Positions 9,811 through 19,280 of a stretch of 64,000 bases of DNA are shown here, in pieces. Origin of the DNA: Bdellovibrionota bacterium (GTDB lineage Bacteria > Bdellovibrionota_C > UBA2361 > OMII01); assembly GCA_044345405.1 (NCBI GenBank), contig JBIJBE010000008.1, positions 1 through 64,000 on the forward strand, written 5' to 3'. Each line of letters opens with the position of its first letter. Position 1 is the stretch's first letter. Below the pieces are notes generated by a model that saw only the letters and a program-made list of their open reading frames with translations, did not search any database and was not told the DNA's origin. The position numbers and the translations under genes were made by a program.

Positions 9811-11547
9811 GTGACTGATAATTCTCAAGAATTTAACCAACGAGCAGTTCGAGCTGTTATCGTCTGTCTTTTGGTCGTGTTCACCTACACAAACTTCTTT
9901 CTCGCTCCTAAGAAGCAGTCTACGACCCCCGCACCCCAATCTCAGCAGGTAGCGCCGCAAGTTTCTCAGCCACCCGCTGGCGCACCAGCGCAGGCGAGCG
10001 CGCAACCGTCCGGTCCCGTTCAAGTTGTGGGACAGCAACAACCGAAACACCCGAGCGCGGCTGATGTCCAAGCCGCCGGCGTGACCTACATTCAATCGGG
10101 GATCTCGCGGGTCGGAATCTCGCACCTCGGCGCTCGCGTTCAGAGCTACGCACTGAATAACTATAAGTCCAAGCAAGGCGATGAAACTCCACTTGATATG
10201 ATCGGGGATCTTCACGACTCCGCGCTTCCCCTTGGTGTGTACGTAGGCTCGGAGAACGACGAGAACGTTCGATATGTTCTCTCCGCTGTAAACGGCGCGC
10301 CCGCGACAGCTTCCCCCGCTAACTTGCAGATAGCACAGGGTGGAAATGTAACGCTCGATTTTACGGGAACGCTTCCGAGTGGAGTCCCTATCACTAAGAC
10401 CATCACATTCACCGAGGGATCCTATCTCTTTACGGTTAACGTGACGCTTGGCCGCGCGGTCGCGCAGGGACAAGGCGTATGGCTAGAGTGGTTGCACCGG
10501 TTTCAGCAACAGACCTCAAGCAATACAGCGATTACGCACGTTACCTACCTCGATGGAGCCAACAAGATTCATCACGTAAGCGCCGACGAACTGAAAATCC
10601 AGCAGCGTGAGACATCACAGTGGGTCGCTCTTGGAGACCTCTACTTCATGGCGAGTCTAATTCCGCCTCTTGCTGAGAACAACGCCGCCCTTGCTCGCGA
10701 CGGAGAGCTCTACATCGGCCGCGTCGCAGGTTCTGAGACCGGCGGAAAGTTCACCGTGTACGTGGGGCCAAAGATTTACACCCTGCTTGAAAAGCTCGGT
10801 TCGTTCCAACTTGAGCGAGCGATCGACCTTGGTTTCTTCTCCTTCTTGGCGCTCCCACTTCTGTGGATGCTCCACTATCTCTACCTGATCGTTCACAACT
10901 ACGGCCTCGCTATTATCGCGTTGACCCTTATCATCAAGACGGCGCTCCTTCCGCTTTCGAAGGCGAGCTTCAAGTCGATGAAGGCGATGCAGGAGATTCA
11001 GCCTGAGATGAAGGCTCTTCGTGAGCGCGTTAAGGATCCGACGCAGTTGAACCAGGAGATGATGGCCCTCTACAAGCGTCGTGGTGTGAATCCGATGGGC
11101 GGGTGTTTCCCGATGCTCATTCAGATTCCCGTTTTCTTCGGACTCTACCAAGCGCTCCTCAACGCGATTGAGCTGCGTCACTCACCGTTCGCGTTGTGGG
11201 TCACCGACCTCTCTTCGCCTGAGAAGCTAGAGATATTTGGTATCGGGATTCCTGTGATGGTTCTTCTGATGGCGGCCAGTATGGTCATCCAGCAGTGGAC
11301 CACGCCGAACCCCTCCGCGGACCCAACGCAGCAGAAGGTTATGATGTTCATGCCACTGGTTTTCGCGGGTATGTTCATCGTGTTTCCGATGCCGGCCGGT
11401 CTCGTACTCTACTGGCTTGTGAACAACATCATCTCAATCACGCAGCAGATGTACCTTCGAAAGACTGATCAAGGTGGCGTGTACTGGGGAACGTTTGTGG
11501 CAAGCGTCGCTATCTTCGGTGTTGGGTATATTCTGACACTTATTTAA
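9811..11547 (+). CDS. yidC: membrane protein insertase YidC
   Basis: NYGLAIIALT, SMKAMQEIQP, GVNPMGGCFPMLIQIPVF, PAGLVLYW; GTG start at 9811 preceded by AAGGAG. Confidence 0.96.
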   Translation: MTDNSQEFNQRAVRAVIVCLLVVFTYTNFFLAPKKQSTTPAPQSQQVAPQVSQPPAGAPAQASAQPSGPVQVVGQQQPKHPSAADVQAAGVTYIQSGISRVGISHLGARVQSYALNNYKSKQGDETPLDMIGDLHDSALPLGVYVGSENDENVRYVLSAVNGAPATASPANLQIAQGGNVTLDFTGTLPSGVPITKTITFTEGSYLFTVNVTLGRAVAQGQGVWLEWLHRFQQQTSSNTAITHVTYLDGANKIHHVSADELKIQQRETSQWVALGDLYFMASLIPPLAENNAALARDGELYIGRVAGSETGGKFTVYVGPKIYTLLEKLGSFQLERAIDLGFFSFLALPLLWMLHYLYLIVHNYGLAIIALTLIIKTALLPLSKASFKSMKAMQEIQPEMKALRERVKDPTQLNQEMMALYKRRGVNPMGGCFPMLIQIPVFFGLYQALLNAIELRHSPFALWVTDLSSPEKLEIFGIGIPVMVLLMAASMVIQQWTTPNPSADPTQQKVMMFMPLVFAGMFIVFPMPAGLVLYWLVNNIISITQQMYLRKTDQGGVYWGTFVASVAIFGVGYILTLI

Positions 11548-11633
11548 TAGGATACCCCTCGGGGTGAAGATTATACTCGCCATGAACGTCTTGAAGGTTA
11601 CCAAAGCGTAACGATTAGTTGTAAGAGACCGAC

Positions 11634-13016
11634 ATGGAAGAGACGACCATTGCAGCGCTCGCGACCGCTCCCGTTCCGGCGGGGGTCGCGGTGATTCGTG
11701 TGAGTGGACCTCGAACGAGGCTCGCGCTCAAGGCGTTGTTTAAAGGCAAGAAGGATCCGCTTCGTCATCCCCGCACACTTGTGTTCGGTGATATTCTCGA
11801 CTTTAAAACATCCTCGACCCTCGATAAGGGGCTCGCGGTGTTTATGCCTGGGCCCTGGAGTTTTACAGGAGAGGATGTAGCGGAGTTTCAATTCCACGGC
11901 AGTCCGGTGCTCGTGCAACAGGTGCTTCGCTCGCTGTACGCGTATGGAATTCTTCCCGCCGCCGGAGGTGAATTCACGAAGCGCGCGTTCTTGAACGGCA
12001 AAATGGACCTCGCGCAGGCGGAGGCGATCGCGGATGTCATTAACGCGAAAGGTGAAGAGGAGCTTCGTTTCGCCGGTGAGCAATTAAAGGGACGGCTCAG
12101 CCAAGCGGTCTCCGCTATCGGCGAACCACTTCGAGATGTTCTCGCCGAGCTTGAGGCCTCGATCGATTTCCCTGAAGAGGATATTGAGCCAGATCGAATC
12201 GACCAGATCGCCGCTCGCGCTGAAGTAGCGCGCGCAAAGGTATCGCAACTCCTCTCAACGTACGCCTTCGGTGCTCTTGTTAAAGAGGGCGTTCGAGTGC
12301 TCCTGTGCGGGCAGCCAAACGCCGGAAAATCGAGCCTTTTGAATCTCGTTCTCGGAAAGAAGCGAGCGATCGTATCTCCGATATCCGGCACCACTCGGGA
12401 TCTTATCGAGGAGGAGGCCTCCCTTGCGGGTCAGAAGTTCGTGTTTTGTGACTCAGCGGGGATTCGTGAGACTACTGATGAGATCGAGAAGATCGGAGTT
12501 GAGCTCGCGAAGGAACGTATCCCGTGGGCTGACCTCGTGCTGCTTGTCGTTGACGCAACCGAAGAGGCCCTTAGCTGGCAATCCACCGCGGATCTCTTGC
12601 GAGAGAGCGGCAAGCGAGTGTGGCTCGTTGTGAACAAGATAGACCTCAATCCGAACGCGATGATAAAGGTCTTCTGTGATTCAAAGACCTGCCAGCAGAA
12701 CTTTTACATCTCAGCAAAAACCGGTGCTGGTATCGGCGCGCTGATTGAGGCGCTCGTTGAAGATGTGAGTACCAATATGCCGGAGCGTGGTGATGTGGGT
12801 GAGGTCGTCACGAACGAGCGACACCGTGATTGCCTCCGTCGAGCGGAGGATTCCCTCGTGCGATTCGGTGATGCGGTCGCCTCAAAGACGCCAGCGCTTC
12901 CGATCCTTGTCGCCGATATTCGTGAAGCCCTCAACGCGCTCGATGAGATCGTGGGAAAGACCTACACCGAGGATATCCTTGGGCGAATCTTCTCGAAGTT
13001 TTGTATTGGGAAGTAG
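11634..13016 (+). CDS. mnmE: tRNA modification GTPase MnmE (TrmE)
   Basis: TIAALAT, SFTGEDVAE, GEFTKRAFLNGK, GQPNAGKSSLLN, C-terminal IFSKFCIGK. Confidence 0.98.
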   Translation: MEETTIAALATAPVPAGVAVIRVSGPRTRLALKALFKGKKDPLRHPRTLVFGDILDFKTSSTLDKGLAVFMPGPWSFTGEDVAEFQFHGSPVLVQQVLRSLYAYGILPAAGGEFTKRAFLNGKMDLAQAEAIADVINAKGEEELRFAGEQLKGRLSQAVSAIGEPLRDVLAELEASIDFPEEDIEPDRIDQIAARAEVARAKVSQLLSTYAFGALVKEGVRVLLCGQPNAGKSSLLNLVLGKKRAIVSPISGTTRDLIEEEASLAGQKFVFCDSAGIRETTDEIEKIGVELAKERIPWADLVLLVVDATEEALSWQSTADLLRESGKRVWLVVNKIDLNPNAMIKVFCDSKTCQQNFYISAKTGAGIGALIEALVEDVSTNMPERGDVGEVVTNERHRDCLRRAEDSLVRFGDAVASKTPALPILVADIREALNALDEIVGKTYTEDILGRIFSKFCIGK

Positions 13017-13189
13017 CCTTTTAAGAGTCGAAGCAAGGTGACGGTGGTTAGTAATCTGCCTGCCACCAGGAGGCCAATGACCGCCCCACCAATTGCAATC
13101 GATTGAAACCAAACATAAAAAATGATCCTCTGCAGATCCGGGATTCAAACCCTAATCTGCAAGTGCGATTACTAGAGCTTTCTCACCCC

Positions 13190-13360
13190 AATCTCGTGAG
13201 GCTATCTCTACAGTATCCCGTAGTTGCAACAGGTGGCCCTCGCCAGTCCGGCAAATCAATCTTATGCGTCAGTCAATTTTGTATCATGTGCACGGAAGGG
13301 GAAGCTTTCTCCGTTCATGATGTATCGGTCGTGCCGATCTCCGATATTTGCACGCTGTGA
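13190..13360 (+). pseudogene. internally deleted AAA_14/DUF4143-type ATPase remnant
   Basis: YPVVATGGPRQSGKSILC (Walker A typical of the family N-terminus) joined directly to a short C-terminal-like segment. Confidence 0.55.
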
Positions 13361-13387
13361 CAGTTGCTACGGTAGCCTAGGCGCATC

Positions 13388-13535
13388 GTCGATCGTAATA
13401 CAGCGATCAACGCTATGCTTCTTTAGTCGGCTCTATTGGTTATCGTGTTGGAACTTGTGAGTTTTTTGCCGCGTCAAAAAATGAGCGGTAAGCTTACTTG
13501 GGCTCGTGTATCTCCGACACAAGTAGATTACCTCG
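13388..13535 (+). repeat. 148-bp repeat copy 1 containing a sigma-E-type promoter
   Basis: About 85% identical, essentially ungapped, to 37920-38066; GGAACTT(13450)-N16-GTCAAA(13473). Confidence 0.85.
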
Positions 13536-13699
13536 CACCTGATCTACGGTTCACCAACGGCGGAGACGAGCGCGGAATTTGTAACGCATGGGCTCGTTAA
13601 CACAGCCCGCCACACGTACGCCTTAGGATTTCCACAGGGGATGGTCTTCCAAAGCTAAGCCCTCTCTGAACCTGGCACCCCACAACTCCGAACTCCTCA

Positions 13700-13892
13700 G
13701 TCGAGCTTTTTGTCTACCACACAGAATTGCGAAGGATATACCGTGGAGGGGCCCATGGGATTCGTGAGCACCAAGAGCAAGGAAGGTTTGGTAAGATTGT
13801 ATCGCTGCGGTGGTCCCCACGACATGATCGTTACAACTTCGGCGAACGAATGCGAGACAGCTAGCTACGGAGCTGCGCTCCCCTTCGGTTAG
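13700..13892 (+). pseudogene. fragment resembling a DUF5648-like repeat domain
   Basis: NCEGYTVEGPMGFV...LVRLYRC...HD..TT..NEC pattern; no convincing N-terminus. Confidence 0.4.
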
Positions 13893-13975
13893 GCGAAGAG
13901 CGCTGAGTAGTCGACTCAAGATCTTCCCGAGCTTCTAGCAGGTCCTAGCGAGCCGGAATCGGCGCCATCTGAAGG

Positions 13976-15361
13976 CTAGCGACTCATGACCCGGTTAGCC
14001 TCGCGAATACCCGACAGATACGCGCCGTGCACCGTTCCCGGATAGGTACGGTGCGTGGCTTCACCAGCAAAGAAAACGCGATCATCGATTGGTCGCGCGA
14101 GCGCATCGTAATATTCGGTTTTCGCGCCTACCGAAATGTAGGAGTACGACCCGTAACTAAACGGGTCGGAGCTCCAACGTGTCTGCATCACAGCCTCAGG
14201 CTCCGGAACCGATCTTCCAAAGATCTTTCTGAACGAATCCATAGTTGCCGCACTGATAGTAGGGATATCAAGTTGCTCAACCCGTCGAGCCTGAGCACCC
14301 GCCGTAAATCCAAATAAGATCGGCATCCCTACAGCTTGGTCTAATGTGTAGTATTCCGGAATCTGACGTGTCGATCGCGCTCCAACGTTACCGATGAATC
14401 CAACGGCGTCATCCCCTGTCTGCCAAAAAGCGGTCGGAAACTTGAAATACGTCTTATCAAGCGCTCCCATCCGAAGCTTAGAGATCGCTGTCTTTTTTGC
14501 CGCCGGAAGACCGGGAGAGAACTCTATATCTCCCCGTTTCAAAACACCAAGAGGGAGCGTTATGATAACCCTATCCGCATCAAAGACTCCGGTCGCGGTA
14601 GTGACACGGACACCTGATGAGGACCATGAGATTCCTCGTACTAACTGATTGAAGCGAATATCAAGCCCCTGAGAGAGCGCGTCAATCAGGCTCATATAGC
14701 CAGGTTTCAAAAGGAGGTCTGAGCCACTGAAATCCTCGTCTTCGTCGAAGTACTTGAGGGACATGAGATTGAGGTCCGCACCGAACTCTATTCCGATATC
14801 TGACTTCACTAAAAAGTTTACTACGTCGCCGATAGCTGCCCCTCGCCGCTGTCGAATTCGTTTGACGAGCGGGCCACTGACACTTCCTATAGATCTATCG
14901 TGACTCAGCCCGTTCTGAATCGCCAACAACCGCTTAACGAGAGCCCCGTACTCTCTCTCCGCTTGGTTCATCACCGATGTTGAAATGGACGCGCCCGCGG
15001 CGTTCACATAGAGGTCCTCCGTTTGATCCGTGTCGTACGTCGCGATCCCGTATCGATTCGCCAGTGCAACGAGGGGATTCCCTTTTGAGCCATGAATAAA
15101 GGAGGCTCCAAGATCGACCGGAGCTCCCAGTGAAGAATCAGTTCGAATACGTCCTCCGGCTACGTCGCGAGCCTCTAACACCGTAACGGAGAATCCCGTA
15201 TCAGCAAGCACTCGCGCCGCCGAGATACCGGCCATCCCAGCACCAAGAACCAGAATCCGCTCGCCTCGCGCAAACGCATTATTGGCGGCGCCAAGCCCGG
15301 CGAGAAGGAGGAGAGAACCTGCGGAACGGAGAAATTGTCGCCGACTTAAGCCTGAAGTCAT
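13976..15361 (-). CDS. Tat-exported flavin monoamine oxidase family protein
   Basis: SRRQFL twin-arginine signal, LVLGAGMAG, EARDVAGGR, DLGASFIHG, FFAGEAT...GTVHGAYLSG. Confidence 0.92.
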   Translation of the reverse strand: MTSGLSRRQFLRSAGSLLLLAGLGAANNAFARGERILVLGAGMAGISAARVLADTGFSVTVLEARDVAGGRIRTDSSLGAPVDLGASFIHGSKGNPLVALANRYGIATYDTDQTEDLYVNAAGASISTSVMNQAEREYGALVKRLLAIQNGLSHDRSIGSVSGPLVKRIRQRRGAAIGDVVNFLVKSDIGIEFGADLNLMSLKYFDEDEDFSGSDLLLKPGYMSLIDALSQGLDIRFNQLVRGISWSSSGVRVTTATGVFDADRVIITLPLGVLKRGDIEFSPGLPAAKKTAISKLRMGALDKTYFKFPTAFWQTGDDAVGFIGNVGARSTRQIPEYYTLDQAVGMPILFGFTAGAQARRVEQLDIPTISAATMDSFRKIFGRSVPEPEAVMQTRWSSDPFSYGSYSYISVGAKTEYYDALARPIDDRVFFAGEATHRTYPGTVHGAYLSGIREANRVMSR

Positions 15362-15454
15362 GTGCCCTCTAGAAATATGGGGACGAATACTTTTTTTTAC
15401 TCTATACAGAGTTAGCACCGGTTACCCTACTTACGAAAGTCCACCAGAGGGAGT

Positions 15455-16852
15455 ATGTCCTTTATATTTTTCACCCGATGGTTACTCGGCCTAAGCATCA
15501 TCACTGCGACAACGGTGTCTCAGGCGGCTGAACCTCATTGCTCTCAAACGCGCCTTGATGGCACAAAGCCTCCCAAGACCCAATTCATGGTCTATCCCGC
15601 ACACACCGTTGTCCCTTTCTATCAGTGGCAGAGCAATAACGGCTATTGCGGAGAGGTCTCTATGATCCAGGCAGGATTGAACCATGGGCAGTGGATGTCG
15701 CAGTACAACGCTCGTCTGGTTTGTGGAACGGGCTTATTGCAGTCAGGGCCCCGTGGATGGTGCAAAGACCACCGTAATCAGCCTCATCATAACGCGCAGC
15801 TTTTATTGGAAACTCCAGGAACAGGAGTAACCGGGGATTATGAATACGCCAACGCGCCTACATGTTTAACCAACGCGCGGCTAGCGGGAACAACATACCC
15901 CTACCTAACAGGTTTTAAGACCGCAAATGTAGGGATTACGGGCTACCGAGACTACCTCTCATGGATTAAGAGCGAGGTGATAGCGGGCCATCAAGTCACC
16001 ATCGGTGTTCTGTTTCAAGGAGGCGATGATCCTCAGTATGACCACATCGTCTCCGTAACCGCCATCGGAACCAATCATTCGCCGTCGGACGACTCGTATT
16101 ACGGAGATGACGTGTTGTATTTTGACGACCACGGTACATACAACCTCGATGGAGATTATCCAGCCGACGTTAATCCAGCGATCCCCTTGGGCGCTGGCCG
16201 GGACAAGACACGTTGCACACCTTATATCTTTGGATACACGTTCGACTCCCTGGCTCGAAGCAGGAAGGACGCCAACCGAAACTCGGCTCAAGCGTATTCA
16301 ATAATAATCCCCGGTGTCTCACCAACGGAGACCATTAACGGGGGAGACGGTGAGAACAGTTCAGTTATCATCACTGGTCATAATTATGGATTCTCCGTGT
16401 CTGGCGCGATTGATACCTCAAGCGGAGGCCCCTACCTTGTCCCCATAAGGGTAACGATACCGAAAGCTACCTATACGCATGGAAAACCCAACCCTCGAGA
16501 TCCAAAAGCTGGGTGGCAGTATGAAAACAGCATGATCGGGTCTGCCCAAGACGGTTCGAGCTGTACCAATACAGCGCCAAAATACAGCATGAAGCCCTTT
16601 ACCCTCCAGGCGACACTTAGTGGGCTAACGCCTGGCGTGGCTTACAATCTGTACGAGTATACTTTGGGCGGCGTTACGGGGACCGGAACTGCCGCGGCTC
16701 TGGCCGTGCCCACCGAGAACTTTAACCAAAACGCGGCGATGGCAACCAGGAAAACTCAATTTACTGCGACAAAGACGACATACACGCATCGAGTTAGCAG
16801 AACGTCGAAACAGATCGTTGTGTTCAGAGCAGTGCCCGTGACGGCTCCGTAA
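15455..16852 (+). CDS. secreted protein, probable papain-like (C39-like) cysteine peptidase fold
   Basis: Signal peptide; QWQSNNGYCGEVS (Cys), YDHIV (His), YFDD (Asp). Confidence 0.6.
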   Translation: MSFIFFTRWLLGLSIITATTVSQAAEPHCSQTRLDGTKPPKTQFMVYPAHTVVPFYQWQSNNGYCGEVSMIQAGLNHGQWMSQYNARLVCGTGLLQSGPRGWCKDHRNQPHHNAQLLLETPGTGVTGDYEYANAPTCLTNARLAGTTYPYLTGFKTANVGITGYRDYLSWIKSEVIAGHQVTIGVLFQGGDDPQYDHIVSVTAIGTNHSPSDDSYYGDDVLYFDDHGTYNLDGDYPADVNPAIPLGAGRDKTRCTPYIFGYTFDSLARSRKDANRNSAQAYSIIIPGVSPTETINGGDGENSSVIITGHNYGFSVSGAIDTSSGGPYLVPIRVTIPKATYTHGKPNPRDPKAGWQYENSMIGSAQDGSSCTNTAPKYSMKPFTLQATLSGLTPGVAYNLYEYTLGGVTGTGTAAALAVPTENFNQNAAMATRKTQFTATKTTYTHRVSRTSKQIVVFRAVPVTAP

Positions 16853-16869
16853 GAAGGCTATCATTTAAG

Positions 16870-17450
16870 GATAGGACGATCGATCGCCTTTTTTGTAAGT
16901 AGCTGAGCTGTAGTAGTGGGCCGATGCTTGCTCCGCCGAGATGGATCAAGCGAGGGTCGAAATGGGTGATCTGTAGGGCCACGCTATGGTTTCAAGGCTC
17001 CAAAGAGAGCGTGGAAGAGCGAGCTAAGTCGCCAAAAAAGGCGTGAGACACGCACTCCTTCTTTTCCGTCACAGAGGAAACGGTTTTTAGAAGTCATCAG
17101 GCGACGGCTCAAAGGAGTTGTAGGAGGGGAGTTCATCGATAGCCTTCACGGCATCGATGAACTTAGGAATAGGTGGAGGTGCCTGGAAGTCCGGGATACC
17201 TTGGGACTTCATGATGTCTTTGATTGCCCGCCGTCGCTTCGCTTTGGCGAGGTGGCAGTGCTCGTCTTGGATGAAGGAGATAATGCCCATCTGTGCTTTG
17301 CACTTGGGGCACCCTAGGGGATCTATCTCGTAGATTCGCTTGATGCACGCGGCCCAACTGCTCTTACGGAACTCTCTTCGATAGTCACTCTCCGTTTCTT
17401 CAGCTTGAAGAGGAGCGAGCTTGGCGCGTTTGCCTCTGCGCCTAGATGAA
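16870..17450 (-). mobile_element. IS91-family 3' remnant (transposase C-terminus plus oriIS-like end), copy 1
   Basis: SWAACIKRIYEIDPLGCPKCKAQMGIISFIQD is typical of an IS91/Y2 transposase C-terminus; ends ...GATCGTCCTATC on the minus strand. Confidence 0.8.
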
Positions 17451-17452
17451 CC

Positions 17453-17578
17453 CCAGCGCTTCCGATTCTCGTCACTGATATTCGTGAAGCGCTGAGCGCG
17501 CTTGATGAGATCGTTGGACGCACCTATACCGAGGATATCCTTGGGCGCATCTTCTCGAAGTTTTGCATCGGCAAGTAG
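17453..17578 (+). pseudogene. mnmE: diverged duplicate of the last 41 codons plus stop of mnmE
   Basis: 109/126 nt identical to 12891-13016, ungapped; [41 protein letters not shown]. Confidence 0.92.
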
Positions 17579-17632
17579 GCGTGGGCGATCCGCATTTTCT
17601 ATTCGCGCTTTGAGGGGCGTAGACACTTCGCC

Positions 17633-18613
17633 CTACAGCTCATCAATCGGACTCACTACCCGTGGTACCGGTGACTTGGCGACGTGGGTGTAGATCATCG
17701 TGGTCTTCACATCGCTGTGCCCAAGGAGCTCCTGAATGAGACGAATATCTCGTCCGTTCTCAAGGAGATGTGTCGCGAAGGAGTGGCGAAAGGTGTGGCA
17801 GGTGATCCGTTTTGAGAGACCCGCCGCGAGCGCCGCCTGCTTCACAGCGTTGTCCATGAAGGTGTCGAATATGTGGTGGCGCTTAATATCGCCGCTGCGA
17901 GGGTCTCGCGATAGCTTCGTTGAGGGGAAGAGATACTGCCACGCCCATTCCCGGTCGGCGTTCGGGTACTTCTTCGACAAAGCAAACGGTAGGGACACCC
18001 GACCATATCCGGCCTTGATGTCAGCTTGATGAATACCCTCTGCAATTGAGAGCTGCTTTTGTAACGGAGCCTCCAACCTCTTTGGCAGTGGCACAATTCG
18101 ATCTTTATCTCCTTTAGCATCGCGAATGGCTATGAATCCCTGGCCGAACTCGATATCCTTGACCCTAATATGGAGCGCCTCTGATAGCCGCAGGCCACAT
18201 CCATACAGCAAACATCCGATGAGCCATTTCTGTGGATGGTGCTTCAGCGCTTGAAGTACGCGCGCTACCTCCTCCCTCGTCATGACCTCCGGGACCCTCC
18301 GCTTTCGCCGGGACCACATAACACCTTTAAACTCACCTACGTCTCGCTGAAGCACATGCCGAAAGAGAAAAACCAGGGCGTTGAGAGCTTGGTTCTGAGT
18401 GCCGGGTGAACAGTTCCGTTGAACCGCGAGGTCTGATAGGAACGCCACGATATGCTCCTCGCCCATCTCCTGCGGATGTCTCTTGCCATGAAAGAGAATG
18501 AATCTTCGAATCCACCCGATGTAGCTCTTCTCGGTCGTATAACTAAGATGCCGGAGTCGAATTCGTTCCCTTACGAGATCCAGAAATTTTTTGGGTCGTT
18601 CAAGTGATTCCAT
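17633..18613 (-). CDS. intI: integron integrase (tyrosine recombinase)
   Basis: IRLRHLSYTTEKSYIGWIRRFILFHGKRHP, LYGCGLR, integron-specific patch VSLPFALSKKYPNA..EWAWQYLFP, HTFRHSFATHLL, LLGH, IYTHV; divergent from the cassette array. Confidence 0.97.
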   Translation of the reverse strand: MESLERPKKFLDLVRERIRLRHLSYTTEKSYIGWIRRFILFHGKRHPQEMGEEHIVAFLSDLAVQRNCSPGTQNQALNALVFLFRHVLQRDVGEFKGVMWSRRKRRVPEVMTREEVARVLQALKHHPQKWLIGCLLYGCGLRLSEALHIRVKDIEFGQGFIAIRDAKGDKDRIVPLPKRLEAPLQKQLSIAEGIHQADIKAGYGRVSLPFALSKKYPNADREWAWQYLFPSTKLSRDPRSGDIKRHHIFDTFMDNAVKQAALAAGLSKRITCHTFRHSFATHLLENGRDIRLIQELLGHSDVKTTMIYTHVAKSPVPRVVSPIDEL

Positions 18614-18620
18614 CCTAGGG

Positions 18621-18647
18621 GTATCGAAAAATCCGGAGAAAGGTTTC
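18621..18647 (-). promoter_or_regulatory. putative intI promoter, alternative-sigma type (GAAACCTT-N11-TTCGATAC)
   Basis: Same motif and spacing occur at 24094, 24995 and 26143; ends 7 nt before the ATG. Confidence 0.55.
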
Positions 18648-18760
18648 GCGACCCAGAACAACCGATCTGGTGATCTACACTCTCAGGTATGCATACCGGA
18701 CTAGCCGAAAAGGTAGCTTTGCCGCTCTAATTGACGGAATCCATGATGGTTTATTTTTGA

Positions 18761-18790
18761 TTGAGGGCGGGACGGCCGCTGGGATACGAT
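18761..18790 (+). promoter_or_regulatory. putative cassette promoter Pc (TTGAGG-N18-TACGAT)
   Basis: Positionally matched by TTGAGC-N18-TATCAT (25148-25177) in the second platform; each ends about 20 nt before the attI motif. Confidence 0.55.
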
Positions 18791-18810
18791 GAAAACAATT
18801 AGTAAACGTG

Positions 18811-18846
18811 CTAGATCACCGGATCTGCACAATACCTATGTTCTGC
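18811..18846 (+). other. attI site of integron 1 (crossover G|TT at 18840)
   Basis: GTTCTGC at 18840 is the exact reverse complement of R'' GCAGAAC in the first attC; upstream CTAGAT..CGGATC.GCACAAT..CTATG is conserved with 25199-25229. Confidence 0.8.
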
Positions 18847-18860
18847 ATGAGGAAATTGAT

Positions 18861-19181
18861 GTGACCAATAGGAAGATCATCTGTGGGCCGATTCTCGCAT
18901 CGGATCACATTGCCAAAGAAAGACGCAAGGTGTGTTGGATGTTCCGGCAGATGCCAGAACACGAGCAGGACAGCGGCTGGCGTGTGTTCAGTGGAGACGA
19001 AACGCAGGAATACGCCGACGATGCGAGTCACCTTGCTTGGTATAATGCATCGACCATCGTGGCGATCGATCCGTCAATAGCACCGTACTTGGATGCACCG
19101 GTTGGATCAGCCTTTGAACGAGAATCCGGAGATGAAGAGTTCGTGGCAGTCAGCGACTTCGATACGTCTGACAACGAGTGA
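18861..19181 (+). CDS. cassette 1: DUF2185 / Imm33-like protein
   Basis: WMFR...DSGWRVFSGDETQEY.DD...IDPSIAPYLDAPVGSAFER; GTG start after GAGG. Confidence 0.8.
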   Translation: MTNRKIICGPILASDHIAKERRKVCWMFRQMPEHEQDSGWRVFSGDETQEYADDASHLAWYNASTIVAIDPSIAPYLDAPVGSAFERESGDEEFVAVSDFDTSDNE

Positions 19182-19187
19182 CAATTT

Positions 19188-19249
19188 GCAGAACAACGTG
19201 TGCCATGCTAGCCTCGCAAAGCTCGGCAGCATGCACACGGGCGTTAGCT
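19188..19249 (+). other. attC 1
   Basis: GCAGAAC...GTTAGCT with imperfect stem GTGTG(C)CATGCT(A)GCC / GGCAGCATGCACAC. Confidence 0.88.
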
Positions 19250-19280
19250 GGCTTTGAAGCATCACCCCAAAGGACATCTA

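Noticed and set aside
17087-17626. 179-aa ORF as a real gene
   Set aside because: It is a chance fusion of the antisense mnmE duplicate and the IS91 transposase tail.
18789-18860. Longer N-terminus for the DUF2185 gene
   Set aside because: It would begin upstream of and read through attI; the cassette starts at 18841 and has its own SD and GTG at 18861. A leader fusion cannot be fully excluded.
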